The notes beneath the pieces were generated by a model. The model was not told where the DNA came from. It saw only the letters and a list, made by a program, of their open reading frames with translations, and did not search any database. The position numbers and the translations under genes are program-made. From NCBI GenBank assembly GCA_038087875.1, contig JAXLNO010002571.1, positions 62,001-126,000 on the forward strand: a stretch of 64,000 nucleotides of DNA, read 5' to 3'. The stretch comes from Malacoraja senta. Taxonomy: Eukaryota. Positions within the stretch are counted from its first letter, which is position 1, and each line of letters begins with the position of its first letter. This document shows, piece after piece, positions 1 through 13,236 of the stretch.

Positions 1-902
1 GACTACTTAACAAAATGCTCAGGAAAATTTGTTTCAGCTCTGCCTAATTTATGTCTGCATATGTACAATCAATCTCTCGTTGCTTTTTGATGTGTTTCTT
101 TTAAACACGTTTTGTATTTTTCCAGGTGGTATGTTTTTACTAATTATTTAATTAATAGGCGAGGCTTCCTGTTTAAAGATTAAGCTAGAATTAATTACAT
201 GTTATACATTGCATCAGTAAAATATTGATTCATGAGGATTTGAATGTCAGTCATAACACATCAGAAAAGAAATTAAATGCTTTGAGAGCTTTTGATGGAA
301 AATATTAAGTCAATGCTTTTATTTTTTTCTTCTTCACTCATCCATCCTTTTTTTCTTTGTTCCCAGCGAGAGATCTGATTATCAGTTAGATTACTTAGCC
401 ATAGTTTGTGAGTTTTCGTGACAACCATTTTGTCTGGAATAAATATTTGTTTTATTCTTTGTTGATTTTGTCAACATTTTGAACATCTAAGCACAGCAGC
501 AGTCATCTTGGGAGCAAGTCTGTGAATGCTTTACCATGTATAAATAAAGCAAGTAAATGCTGATTCACTCATTGTACCTCAAAAGCATGAAGTCTTTGTG
601 ACCTACTGGGTTCCATGGACTCCTGTGTCATATGCTATTTCGGGCATTTATATGGTCTTTTCCTGCCTTCTGATTTAGTGTTCTGACAGATTTCCCAACA
701 TGCCATAACGTTAAGATGTTTCAAAACTATCTTCTAACCTGCACCATCTCATATCCACCAAGGTGTCTTCACTAATATATGTTGACACCCAGATGCTTAA
801 TATCTAACATTTACACTTTCCATTATTGTGTTAATGTTTTCATTTTCACATCGCACCCTATCTCTGTAACTGCTCTGGCCTGCATGCCTCTAGCTTTGAC
901 AA

Positions 903-1510
903 GTCTCAAAGTCAAAGTCAATTTTGGCTGCAACGGACGGCCAGATGTACAGGCCCTCTCGTCGGGATAATCAAACCTCCGACATCGGGACTTTCCTACC
1001 GGAGACCACGGCTTCAGGATGTTATAGGCCGCAGGCCGGCGGTCGGAGCTCTTCTCCGGCAACACCCGGCAAGGGATCCCAGGCTCCGGATGGTGAGTCC
1101 ACGGCACGGCCACGGCTAGAATCTCCACAGACCACAGCCCTGTGATGCCAAAGTCACCAGGCCAGCGATTGGAGCACTCCTTTCTGCAGACCCCCGGCAA
1201 GGGTTCGCCCGCTCCGCAATGGAAAAGTCCACGCTGCGCCCGCTGCTGAAGCTCTTGAGCCCAACTCTGGGAAAGGCCACTCGAATTCATGTTTTAGGCT
1301 GCAAGGGAGGCGACATGGAAAAAGTCGCCTCTCCATCGAGGAGGCAACATAAAGCGGTTGCCCCCCTTCCCCCCCCACTACCCCCCACACAAGACACACC
1401 AAGAGACACCCAAACTAACGTTTAGACACACCAAAAAAAACCAAAAGGTCGAAATAACGAACACGCTGCTGGCAGGGCAGCCGACTCGCAGCGCCCCCCC
1501 CCCCCCCCCC
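903..1510 (-). mobile_element. GC-rich non-autonomous retroelement or SINE-like insertion with a short (TTTGAC)n tail
   Basis: Sharp GC-rich block. The minus strand ends in ttgactttgactttga, and a poly-C run lies at 1494-1510. Internal stem gaggcgac...gtcgcctc. No credible ORF. Confidence 0.5.
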
Positions 1511-1873
1511 GTCTAGTTTCCTCTCCCAACCCACGATGAGTCAAGGCCAAGAACTCTGGAAATCCTACCAATGAACACTTCTGCCATTCATCCAACTGAC
1601 AACTTCCTTCAAGTCTGACTGCCTCAACTAGCTTTTTATCGTGATTAGAGGCTTCTTTCTTAAAATAGTTTTTGAATTATGCCTCTGTGAATGCCTTGTG
1701 GTATTCCTTTAAAATTATTATCTTTAAAAGTGCTAAACTAATGAAAATCATTGTTGATCTGACCAGTTTCCTTTCAATTCAAGCCATTTCCTTAAAGATT
1801 GAGGATGGCAAGATTTGTTCTCCTTCAATATCAAGGAATATCATGATCATTCTGTGGTCTGTAAAACTGCATA

Positions 1874-2534
1874 AAGGCTCTGTCTCACGGTGTTGCGGTC
1901 ATCGGCGGTGAAGCGCGGTTTTGCCTGTAGAGGGGACCGCACGGCAACGGCGAGAGCGCCGAGCCTATGGCACGGGAGCGCTGCACGGGTGCTGCGCGGG
2001 GGCCGAGTGATTTAAATACGGCTGGTCCCACGAGCTTGCGGTAAGTTAAAAAAAAGGGCGGGCCGACTGCGATGACGTCATTTTGGATCTGCGGGGCTGT
2101 GGCGGCGGCCGTCCTGATCGCGGCGCTGTAGCGGTGGCTGTGGCGGCGGCCGTGCCGCACACATGACTCGCTAGTGGCGGCTGTGGCGGCGGCTGTGCTG
2201 ATCGCGGCGCTGTTGCGGTGGCTGTGGCAGCGGCCGTGCCGCACACGTGCCTCGCTGGCGGAGGCTGTGGCGGTGCAAGTTCTACTCACGGCGCTCGTGC
2301 CACACTGGCTGTGGCGGCGGCCGTGCCGCACTCGTGCCTCACTGGCGGAGGCTGTGCGGTAGGGACATATTTTTGAACAGTGTTGGTTTTATTTTAGCAC
2401 CGAGCGGTGTTGGGAACAACGCCGCACAGCCCCGGAATTGTGCGTTTGACCGAGTGAGCGGTCTATGGTGGCCCAGGAGCGGTAGATTCTTCCTGTTTCG
2501 CCGCCAATGACCGCAGACTCGTGAGACAGGCCTT
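1874..2534. mobile_element. Non-autonomous DNA transposon (MITE) with ~35-bp TIRs and an internal GC-rich tandem repeat
   Basis: Left aaggctctgtctcacggtgttgcggtcatcggcgg pairs with right ccgccaatgaccgcagactcgtgagacaggcctt. Flanked by TA/TA. Internal repeats of ggctgtggcggcggccgtgccgcac at ~2092-2360. Confidence 0.85.
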
Positions 2535-3137
2535 TAACTTGTCAATAGCAGGAGAACCGTGAGATGGAAAGTGGGATAGGTAACAACGTTCTCACAATCT
2601 CCATTTCTGAAAATTTCTCCCTCAATTCATTCATCTTTTTCACATTTCCTTATGATCTAGAAGCCATATGGCCCATCATATCTGTACGCTTGAAAACCAT
2701 TTCCCCACTTATTTTCCTGAAACTTGTTTTTCTCCATCAACTATTCTATGGCTTTCCTGCTGCCCACCTACACTGCAGATAATTCACGGCAGCCCATCAA
2801 CCTATCAGCACATCTTTGGGATGTGGGAGGAAATTGGACCATCAGTGTTACCAAACATCACCTGAGATCAAAATTGAACATGGGTTTCTGGAGACATGTG
2901 GCAGAACCTCTGGCTTTGGCTGTCCTTAGCATTAGACATTTTGATCCTTGCGTTTACTTGCCTCTTCCACCTTCTCTTATTTGCATCTCAATGTCAGTTC
3001 CCATGTATGTTACTGCAAAACGCCTGTGGAAAAAGCAATGTGTGTGCTGACAGTTGAGATTATAACTATTTATACACACAGGCTTACATTCTGTATTTCC
3101 TCAAATGCTCATAACGTTGACTTTTTCTCCCTTTCAG

Positions 3138-3412
3138 GTCACCACAAAGGGATGCGACACAGTTGAGATGACATTAAGGAGAAATGCGCTCGGCCAGCTT
3201 GGTTTTCATGTCAACTATGAAGGGATTGTGGCCGACGTTGAACCCTATGGCTATGCCTGGCAAGCAGGGCTGCGGCAGGGGAGCCGACTAGTGGAGATCT
3301 GCAAAGTTGCTGTGGCTACTCTAACCCATGAACAAATGATTGATCTATTGCGAACATCTGTAACTGTTAAAGTTATCATCATTCCACCCCATGAAGATAG
3401 CACTCCACGCAG
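3138..3412 (+). CDS. SIPA1L1: SIPA1L1 internal exon encoding the PDZ domain ([29 protein letters not shown]...[11 protein letters not shown])
   Basis: Translation is near-identical to the SIPA1L1 PDZ domain as recalled ([53 protein letters not shown]). Acceptor ttttctccctttcag|, donor AG|gtatgt. 275 nt, phase 0 to 2. Confidence 0.96.
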
Positions 3413-4407
3413 GTATGTTCGGTGAGGCCAGCCTGCCACTCTAATCAGACTAATCACTCACTTTGCAGAGTCCAACTGGTCAGCAGCTAATCATTCATCG
3501 TGATGGATGCACTGTTATAACATTTGATTCGCACATTTTGTTAATAAGGATATTCCCATTGCCAACCCATTTCCCATTAGAAGAGAAAGGAACAGAATGA
3601 AAGCCTGACTGGGGATATGAGAGGATGAATGGATTTCTGTTATGATCATGGTATATTATTAAAAAATATTATTTAATAAGTACAAAACATATCACACCAA
3701 CATTTATGATGTTTGAATGCTGATTTTCCCAATATTAATTTATTGGTACAAATCTTTAACTTGCATGATTTTCTTTTGCTGAAGTTGCATGTCTTGATGA
3801 GAGATTTGGGATGGCATAGTGGTTATTCTAGTAAAGCTGCTGCCTCACAGCTCCAGTGACCCAGTTACTCCCTTCTGGTTGGTAAGTCAATTGGTCATTA
3901 TAAATTGCCCCCAATGTGGGGGTGAGTGACAGAATCTGGAGGTAGTTAAGAGAAATACGAGGATTAGTGTAAATGGATGCTTGATGGTTCGTGTGGACTT
4001 GGTAGGTCAAAGGGCTTGTTTTTGTGCTGATTGACTATGACTTTATTGACATTATTCTTAACATTGTTGTTCTTCTTGCCACCTCAGAGACTATGTGCTT
4101 TCATTTATTACTGACTTGTTTCCAATCTTTGGAAATGTTTTTCAGTCTGATTTTTCAGTCTGGACAGTTACATTACAATAGTTAATGGGATTATATTAGG
4201 ACACTGTATGGAAGTACATGTGTCTTTTTACAATACTGCACACAAAAATGTGACAAATGGGGTCAAATTTCAAAATTCCTTCATAAAAGTTGACAAGCAC
4301 TTTATTGGGTTCATGACTAACATAGTATCAACAACAAATATAAGAAAAGACAGCAAATTGATGGCAAGTTTCTGAAAATGGCAGCAGAATACACAAATAC
4401 ATTTTGT

Positions 4408-4992
4408 GTAACGGTTGTTGCGTGGTGTCCACCACGGTTGTCACAGTAAGTACACATTTCTTATTCCTTTCTATGTTTATGAATGCCACATGGAACAATA
4501 AAATTGCAAACACTGTTTCCACTTCATTCACCTGATCATTTAGTAGAATACTGCTTCCATCTGAGTGGACACCACAACGCGCGTTACACAAACGTTCGTT
4601 GCGGTGGACACTAAAAGGTTTGGTGTCCCAGAAAACGAACGTTACATTATGAGCGAGAACCAAGCATTTTCACCAATGCGATCTAAATGGTACATTACCT
4701 TATGGATTTGAGCTATCGATTTTTTTTAATTGATTTTAAAAAGTCGGAAAATATATCGTAAACGGTCGTTACCTTTTTGACACCACGATGTTTTTGATAT
4801 ATTAAATTGGAAAATAAGAAAAAATAAATAACTCACCCAAAGAACGCTACTACCATAGGATACCTCGTTGGGTGTTTGAAAAGCATTAGAGGTTTGGAGC
4901 CTCCGTGGTTTTACTTCCGGACGTACCGATCCCTATAATGGTCATTGTGACAATGGACACCAAGCACAACAACCGTTACGGGATCTTTACTG
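4408..4992. mobile_element. MITE remnant, Tc1/mariner-like right end
   Basis: gtaacggttgttgcgtggtgtcca...ttgtcaca (4408) is inverted relative to tgtgacaatggacaccaagcacaacaaccgttac (ends 4979). The right end is ...ctttactg|ta; the matching left terminus is not seen. Confidence 0.65.
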
Positions 4993-5775
4993 TACTGTAT
5001 TACCTTTATGTTACTGTATTTTTCTCCTAGTATAGATGAAGATATTTCCCTAGATCATTATCAAAACGCATATGTATGAGGGGCCATATAAAGTTTATTT
5101 ATTAATTAAATATTCATGACTAAATGTGGCAGAGTTGTTAATGTCACACTTTTGATGTCCACAATGGTGGGATAACGATGAAATTTGTTATGAAAAAAGT
5201 TTTTGACTTTCGGACTTGAAGTTATCTAACCTATATCTGCTATTTATAAGGTTTCACATGATGGGTAGATTTTTGTTAAGAACAGTGTATTGGTGTATAA
5301 AAGTGAATACTAATCTTGTTCGTCAAAAACTCTCCAGTATTGTAAAAAGACACAAATGGGATTAGTATAGATGGGTACATGATGATGATTAGCTGTAACA
5401 TGATGGGCCATATGTTGTATGATTCTCTGAATGGTTTATGCCTTGGAAGCAGAAGGATTGCTACCCTTTAATTTAATCCGATGCTGAAAACATGCCACCT
5501 GCATCATCAGTTGACTTGCCCATGTCTGAATGTTGATTAATTAGTTTGTCTTCTTTGGACAACAGCTCGCACATTGTTCTGCTTTCCAGTTGAGAAAGGT
5601 ACAAAGTCCCAAAAAATCTCAAACTGGAATCTCTTAAAGGCTACCTGTACAGATGCACTCGTTAACAGGGACATACCCAAGTTATAGCTAGATCAATTTG
5701 CTTTCCAAAGGAATTACTTTTGTTCACTCAGAAACCATGGAAGCTATAAAAATGAATTATTCATCTGAATAATAA

Positions 5776-6070
5776 GGGCGGCACGCTGGCGCAGTCGTAG
5801 TTGCTGCCTCGCAGCGCTTGCAGCGCCGGGGACCCGGGTTCAATCCGGACTACGGGTGCTGTCGGTACAGAGTTGGTACGTTCTCCCTGCGACAGTGTGG
5901 GTTTCCTCCCACACTCCAAAGACGTATAGGTTTGTACGTTAATTGGTTTGGTATAAGTGTAAATTGTCCCTAGTGCGTGTAGGATAGTGTTACTGTGCGG
6001 GGGGTCATTGGTCGGTGCGGATTCGGTGGGCCAAATGCCGTGTTTCAGTGCTGTATCTCTAAACTAAATC
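5776..6070 (+). mobile_element. tRNA-derived SINE (HE1/V-SINE-like)
   Basis: Box A-like tggcgcagtcgtag, box B-like gggttcaatcc, core ggtttcctcccacactccaaagacgt...gttaattgg, and tail ctgtatctctaaactaaa. Confidence 0.85.
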
Positions 6071-9000
6071 TGAAGTCAGCAACCATGACCAACCATGTTC
6101 TGGTTTCTCAATTCAATCTTCTCGGGATCATTACAGCAGAATATCCCTGGGAAATCTCATGTGCCACCTTTCAGGAAGAACTCAGAGTATGATTTTATCA
6201 CATTAGTGGACTTAAAGTTACAAATGCCTTTTCAGATGAAACAAAACAACATGCACACATAGAAACCAATATTTAAAAATTGTAAAGATACCTTAAAGGG
6301 GATGAGTGAGTTTAAAGATTTGGTGTTTGTGAAAACTTCAAATTAATTTGATAAGCTTGTTTATATTTAGAAAATAAGCAAGAGCAAAAACAAGAAAATA
6401 GTTATCCAAACCAACAATTCTCTGATAAAGAATTGTGTTCAGTTGCATAAACTGCAGTTTGCAAATGATGTTAAGGCTTTGAGAGGGTGCAATGGAGTAT
6501 TCCAGGGATTTTATTAGGAATGAGAGTATCTGATTCTCCGTAAAATTCTAGATTGCTTCCCTTAGAGCAGGGAAGTTTGAGAGAAGATTTATTTGCGTGT
6601 TCAAAATGATGGGTTTTGATAGAATGAACAAAGTGTTCATGTGTCGAAAGTTGAGTTTGTTGTCACATGCACAATGTAAAATGGCAGTCTTGTTTGCAGC
6701 AATGTCACAGGCACACTAATGCAGAACACACACAAAAACACAAATTGTACATAAACTTTTTTGAAAAAAGATGATAAAGTTAAAAAAAGACTGCAAAGAA
6801 AAAAACAAAGTGCAATGCACATTTTGAAGAATAAAACAAATCCCTGGTAGTGCAAGAGGTGACCCTTCATGTCTGTTGTCGAGGTAGTTAAGATTGTGTG
6901 GTTTGGTTCAAGAACTTGATAGTTGGTGGGAAAATATTCACTAATGCAAGTAACCTTCCCAGGCAATCTCTGCAGAATGCTTCTGTGGAGTAGCACAATC
7001 TAGCTTTGCCAGGTACTATGCAGTGAGCTTCTAACAAAACTCCTGGCTTTCGGTATACCTCGGCAACAGCGCTGCAATGTCTATCACTGCAGGGCTCGGT
7101 AAGCTGTGAACCACTCAGGCATTCTGCAGAGGCTGCCTGTGAGGGTTAGTGTTGGGCAGGCCAGGCTGAGAATTGTGGACGTCAGCACCAAGATGTGATG
7201 GGAGTTGTTTTTGCTTGACTTTCCACAACCTGGAGATTTCTCTATGAATAGCCAGTGCCCACCACAGAGCTCGTTACCATAGAGAAATCTCTTGGTTCGA
7301 GAGAGTTATGTAGACAAGCAAAGAGGGATGACAGCAGCTTCCATCACATTGAACTGTAGTGATGAGATAGACTAGGATCTGGGCAGTATGCCAACACATG
7401 GAGCAGCTGCTGCTAGTTCCAAGCAAAGATCCACGCTCACCGTTCTGGACAGGATACAGCTCTGAATCCTGCATCTCAGATTGACAGGCACAAGCAGCCA
7501 TTGCACATTGCTATGAGATCACATTAACTGTTATTTTGCTACGGGAGCACCAGCTGAGGCATGAGACCTCAACTGGGTTCCTGGCACAGCGACCAGCAAT
7601 AGTACATTTTTTAGCACTGTTCTCCCCAGCACACTTGTTCCTGGAGCACATGATACCTGAAGATTTCCATCAAATTGTCCGATTTTATGTTTTTGAAATT
7701 GCACCTGGTTTTCATCAGCAGCTAAGTAGAAAGACAGGGTTCCATTGTGAAGTTGGAGGTCAGACTACTCTTTGTGATACTGTGATTTTGTTTACTTTTT
7801 AGCAAATGAAAACTGTATGACCATTGGTATCTCCTCCTAATGCTGAGTTTGTCGAAATGCCTGCATTCCAAAAGATGAATAAAGATTGGTGTGAATTTTT
7901 GCCTAAAATTTAGCGAAAGGAGTAGAATCATAATTTCTGTGATGTTAACCTGATCTGGGCGGCATGGTAATTAACACGCAGCGATTGAACTAGATTTCTG
8001 TTAAAGCTATTAACATGAACTCTACTCCTGACAAGCTATCTGCATTTTCTTTGTTTCCGTTACTTTGGATGATCTGTGATCGAGATATTAACAGGATGAC
8101 TTGATAATATCCTTGTGATCTCATGCCCAGGGCCACGAAGTCCACCTGGCTGATAATGTAGCACGGTATTGCAATGATCCCATGAAAGGTTGGGGACTTG
8201 TTTATTGAGAACCAAAGTCACAGAGTGAACTCGTCTTAAAATCATTTTGCCTTTGAGGATATTTGTGAAGCAGCCATGTGAAATAATCCCCTACTTCAGT
8301 TCCTTTATATGTTGGCCGCAAACCAAGACTTGCATTTCAAAGATGTGGAAGCAGTGCTGCAATTCACAGATGGATGATCCCTTCATCCTGCTGTACAATA
8401 TGACCTTGGACTGTCTTTCTTCCCACTCTTCTGCCTCAAGCAATTGATTCTGATCAAGTTCTGTCGTATTCTTGTCCCTCAAACGATTTTCGTTGCACCT
8501 CGACCTTGAAATTCAAATGCATGCATTGCATTGAAGACTAACATTTTTGCAAGAATCCAATTGGTGGCTTACAGCCAGAGATTGAATTTTTGAGTTTGTA
8601 TTTTCTCAATTCAGCTGGGAGTGCTTTTGTGGCTGGTATTCTTTGCCAAAATCAGGTATTATTTAAAAATAAAGAAGGCAAATTGATCAACCTTCAGCTT
8701 GTAAAATAAATGACAATTAAGTTGACTATGCCAATGATATCTTCACATTTATGTCATCCATTGTTGCCCACGTTTTTATTGTTTAAAAGTCTCCTGCCCA
8801 CCATTATCTTGTCTACTATAAAGTTACTATAATGCGTCTGCAAATAAATATGACTTGTCAGAAGTCAATGAATGAAAAACACTTTCAGGATGAAAAATGC
8901 AAAGTGAACATTATAAAATATAATGTCAGTTTAAGTTTTAACATGACCGTGTGGAATTGTTAAAACTAAAAATTCTGGCTTGTGTTTCGCAGCAGATCCT

Positions 9001-9462
9001 TGCTTAATGAAACTTCTCATTGCGCAGGCATCAGGCGTGTGAAATGTACTTGGGTGATGTCAGTCATTGTGCAATTCACTGTTAACAAATGCTTTTAGAC
9101 CCCATCTCTACACCGCCAATTCTCTCTACTTGCCTCTCAGTGCAACACCTGCGTCCAAATTTTGACTTCAGTCCATCATTGCCTGCAGTGTACACCACAC
9201 ACCAAATGGGTCTCACGGCTCATTTAAGCTCTCTCCTCATCAAAAGCTTAAAAATCAATTGCCACATGTCTTTCTTTAATGTTTGTGTTGTGCATTGAAA
9301 GTCTCTCAGTCTCCATGAAAAGTGTGTGGGTGGTGGCAGTCATTATGCAATTCACAGTTAACAAGTGCATTTAATCCCCAGTCCTACCGCTGAGGTTGTC
9401 TAAGGAACAATGCTAATATTTTTCACTGACTCCACGGCAAATCGTGTGAATATTCGCAGAAC

Positions 9463-10245
9463 AGTCATAGTCATACAGCAAGGAAACAGGCCCTTCAGCC
9501 CAACTCGCTCATGACAACCAAGACCGTCCCATCCATTTGCTCGTGTTGGCCCATATCTGTCCAAAGCTTTCCTATCCATGTATCTGTCCAAATGTCTTTT
9601 AAATGTGGTTATGGTACTTGACTCAATTACTTCCTTTGGCAACTGTGAAAAGGTTGCCCCTCAGGTTCCTACTGAATCTTTACCAGCTCACATTAAACTG
9701 TGCTCTCTAGTTCTTGATTTTCCCTACTCTGGGTAAAAAAAAATCTCTATACATTCACTATTCTCCTCATGATTTTATACACCTCTATAATATCTCAGCC
9801 TCCTACACTCCAAAACATAAAATCCTAGGCTGCCCAACTTCTCCCTGTAGCTCAGGCCCTCGAGTCATAGCAACATGCTCGTAAATCTTCTCTGTACTCC
9901 TTCTGGTTTAATCTTTCCTATATTATGATGACCAAAACCGGACATGACACTCACGTGTGTCCTCACTAACATTTTGAACAACATCCCAACTTCGATACTC
10001 AACTCCCTAACCAATTAAGCCCAATGTCTCAAAGCTGCCATTACCACCCTATCATTCCTATAAGTGCAACAGCACTTATAGGAATGATGTGCTTGTACTC
10101 CCAGATCATTCTGCTCCACAAAACTCCCCATGGTCCCACCATTCACAGGAAAGGCCCTGTTCTGGTTTGACTTGCCAAATTGCAACTGCTCACACTTATC
10201 TGAATTAACGTGGTCACTGCCAAGTTTTTTTTCACTATTGGCCAT
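9463..10245 (-). mobile_element. CR1-type LINE 3' fragment
   Basis: Minus-strand remnants NSDKCEQLQFGKSN and FKRHLDRYMDRK, plus the CR1 3' end ggcctgtttccttgctgtatgactatgact. Confidence 0.85.
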
Positions 10246-12963
10246 GAACCAAGTATACTCAGGGGTGGCATTGAGCAGCCAAATCTTTGTGTAAGCTTGA
10301 AAAGTGACTTGAGAGAGAGAATCGATTAAAAAATATTATTTATAATGAGAGCTTCACACTCTCATGCAACATTATTACCATTGTATTGGTGCCTGGGAGC
10401 CAGATGTATCTCTTTTGCCTGAATACATCTGTGATCTCTGCCCTTCAGTGCATGGATATTGGCTATGAAGCTAAATATGTAAACTAACAGGGTTAGCCTT
10501 ATTTCTTTTGTTGGAGCTCCATTGTTAAATTAATTATTAATCATGTTATTTCCATCTTTTTCTTCACCTGGAGTAAAAATCCTTTATCCTCCCATTCCCA
10601 TGAATGTACTGTATTACTGTAATAAAAGTAGTTTGCCTGATTTAATCAATGTAGACCCACTTTGGTCTGGAATGAGACTTAAAACATTGCATTAACAGCT
10701 ACTGAGCATTAATTCAAAATGTCTATCATATTTACTGTAATTAATATTTTTTCTGACTGTTCACTGTTGCCAGAATTTTTCATGGGAAACCATGATTGTC
10801 ATTCAGTAGATAAGACTCTTAAAGCATGCTGAACTATTTACAAATCTCTATGTATGGGTTCTAAAATGGAATTGATTAAAGCTTGCAGCATCCACTGGTT
10901 CAGCTTTTGAATGCAAAATGAGCGTGGGATTGTGCAAGAACTTGCTGTGAATCTTTCAGATGATGCATCCACTTACATGCTCATTCTGATTGTGCTGCTT
11001 TAAAGTTTTATATTCCTTTTTTTTTTAAATGCGCTGAACCATTATCCTGATGTGATGTGTGATGAGATGGAAAGATTTCACATCAGCAGGAATATAAAAT
11101 TGCTTCTGTCTTTCACCTGTCCTACACATTCTATTGAATTAGGATGCAGTACAAATAACAGATGAAATGATGGCAGAACTAATTTTCTTATTTAAAGCTT
11201 TGCTTTATGAAATGTACACTTCACAAAAAATAACATTACTGCCTAGTGGCATTGTCTAATGATTGATTGAATTCCCCCTATTTAGAACATCACAACAGTT
11301 TGATTTCTAAATCCATTTCCGGCTTCAGGCTGAAGAATTAAATATACCCAGAGGCAGGATGCAAATATGGCACATAATAATATTTAAGCCGTTTCTTAGA
11401 ATTATTTTATTAACTTCTTGAGCCATTCACGAATTCCAAACATGGGCTGCAACTAAGTCCATGGCATTCTTGCTTTTCATGGAAAATAAATTGTGCAAGC
11501 TGATGGGACAAAATAAAATGCTTCATCAGCAGGATACTGGATACCAAACCAAATCAGAGACGAGAGTGGGAGCTGCTGTTGGTTTTCAGTAAATACTGAT
11601 ACACATTGTACACATACACAGTACCTAACTAATGCGTGCTGCTACTCTTCACATAATACCAAAAAATATTGGCTTAAAAATTGCAATCTTTTGGAAACTT
11701 GAATGTAACGTGCTGCAGAAGCAAAACAGAAGTTGTTTTGTTGAAAGCTTTCAATAACTTCACTTATCAAAAGTACGTATATGATTGCTAGTTATGGGCA
11801 TAAAAAAAAATTACGAACGCATGGAATGCAAGAAAAAACTCTCAGTTTACAAGAAAGCACTGCTGATGGGCAGCAGACGTTGTAAGGTGATTGCCTTGTG
11901 CTGTGGAAGTTGCCATAGGCAACAAATTGAAGGTGGAATCCAAGAAAGAATTCAGTTTTCTTAATGATAGGTAGGATATTTGGAATCTGGACAAGCCATC
12001 TGATAGTGTAAATATCTTGGTAGTTCAAAAGATCGGGCGTAGAAGCTTTGCTGGATTCCACTCAAGTGTGTGGGAACCACGATTATCAGTCAGTAGATAA
12101 GACTGAAAGCATGCTGAACTATTTACAAATCTCTATGTATGGGTTCTAAAATGGATTAGGCTTTATTACACTTGTGGCCCACAAAGAATGAAATGTAGAA
12201 TAAAGGGCATGGAATGACTTGGCAATGGATCCAGGAGGAGATGAGAGGTAAGAAGTAAAGAGATTGGTTGGGATATTTTGGCTTGAGTAGAACAGATTGG
12301 AGTGATACTTTGTGGTAGAGAAGAGAGACATTGAATGGACCTAAATGAAGCTGAGAATTCAAGGTGGTAACATGCACCTGGGTCATTCCCACTAGAAAAA
12401 AATATTGTGATGTTTCTTGAGGTAGAATCCAGGCTGTGGAAGAGAGCAGAAACTTCATTCGAGGAGGTTAAATGGGAAACGTTAACAACAATATAGCTTG
12501 CAATGAACAAGTTAAACATCCTGGTGAGAAAAGAGCGGTTCAGAATGATGATAGCTGAAAGCTTCGAGGGTCAATATTTTTGAAGAGGAAAGTTAGCATG
12601 ATCGTGAGTTTGGTTGCAATAGATTCAAGGGAGATCCGAGTCCAATAGAAGGTCGGTAGAAATCCTTGAGGAATCTAGAAAAGGTCAAGGGCTCAGGACT
12701 TGGATTAGTACTAGATGTGGAGTGGTAGGGCTGAAGATGAGGTATTATGGTTGGCCTTTCTGATCAAGAGAAAAAGAATGGAGGCAAATTAACCAATTGT
12801 TGAGGAAATTTCAGTAATAATGTCTGGCAATAATGGTTTACGACCAACCATGTACTGAGATTGGTGATGGAATTATGCCCTTGTTTAGTCTGTTTGCCAT
12901 GGTAATTATGTGTTTGTGATGAAGTTAAATATTTCATAATAATTTTCCTTGTATGTTTTTTAG

Positions 12964-13236
12964 GGGCTGTTCTGAGATGTACCGCATGCCCGTAATGGAA
13001 TACAAAGTAAACAATGAAGGGATTCCATACGAGTTTAAATTGCCATTCAGAAATAGCAATAAGTGGCAGCGGGGCATTCCGCCATCCCATAGTACAGTTC
13101 AACTGCAATCGCAAACACAAAGCCAAGCTGCAAACAGGATGATATCTGCATCGGGCAGCAGGGCCCAGCCACAAGAGCGCAACTCAGCCATGCCACGCAG
13201 TGCTTCTAGTGATGGACGTTCATTGGACACTAAGAG
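12964..13236 (+). CDS. SIPA1L1: SIPA1L1 internal exon after the PDZ domain ([36 protein letters not shown]...SSDGRSLDTK)
   Basis: Matches recalled SIPA1L1 [35 protein letters not shown]. Acceptor tgttttttag|, donor AG|gtttga. 273 nt, phase 2 to 2, continues the frame of the previous exon. Confidence 0.94.

Noticed and set aside
1885-2510. Ala/Arg-rich ORFs and a repeat array resembling a CRISPR array or CpG-island promoter
   Set aside because: They lie inside a TIR-bounded MITE. The repeats are degenerate tandem units without unique spacers, in a vertebrate intron.
5776-5850. tRNA gene
   Set aside because: The A/B boxes belong to a SINE head that continues into the SINE core and tail; no full cloverleaf.
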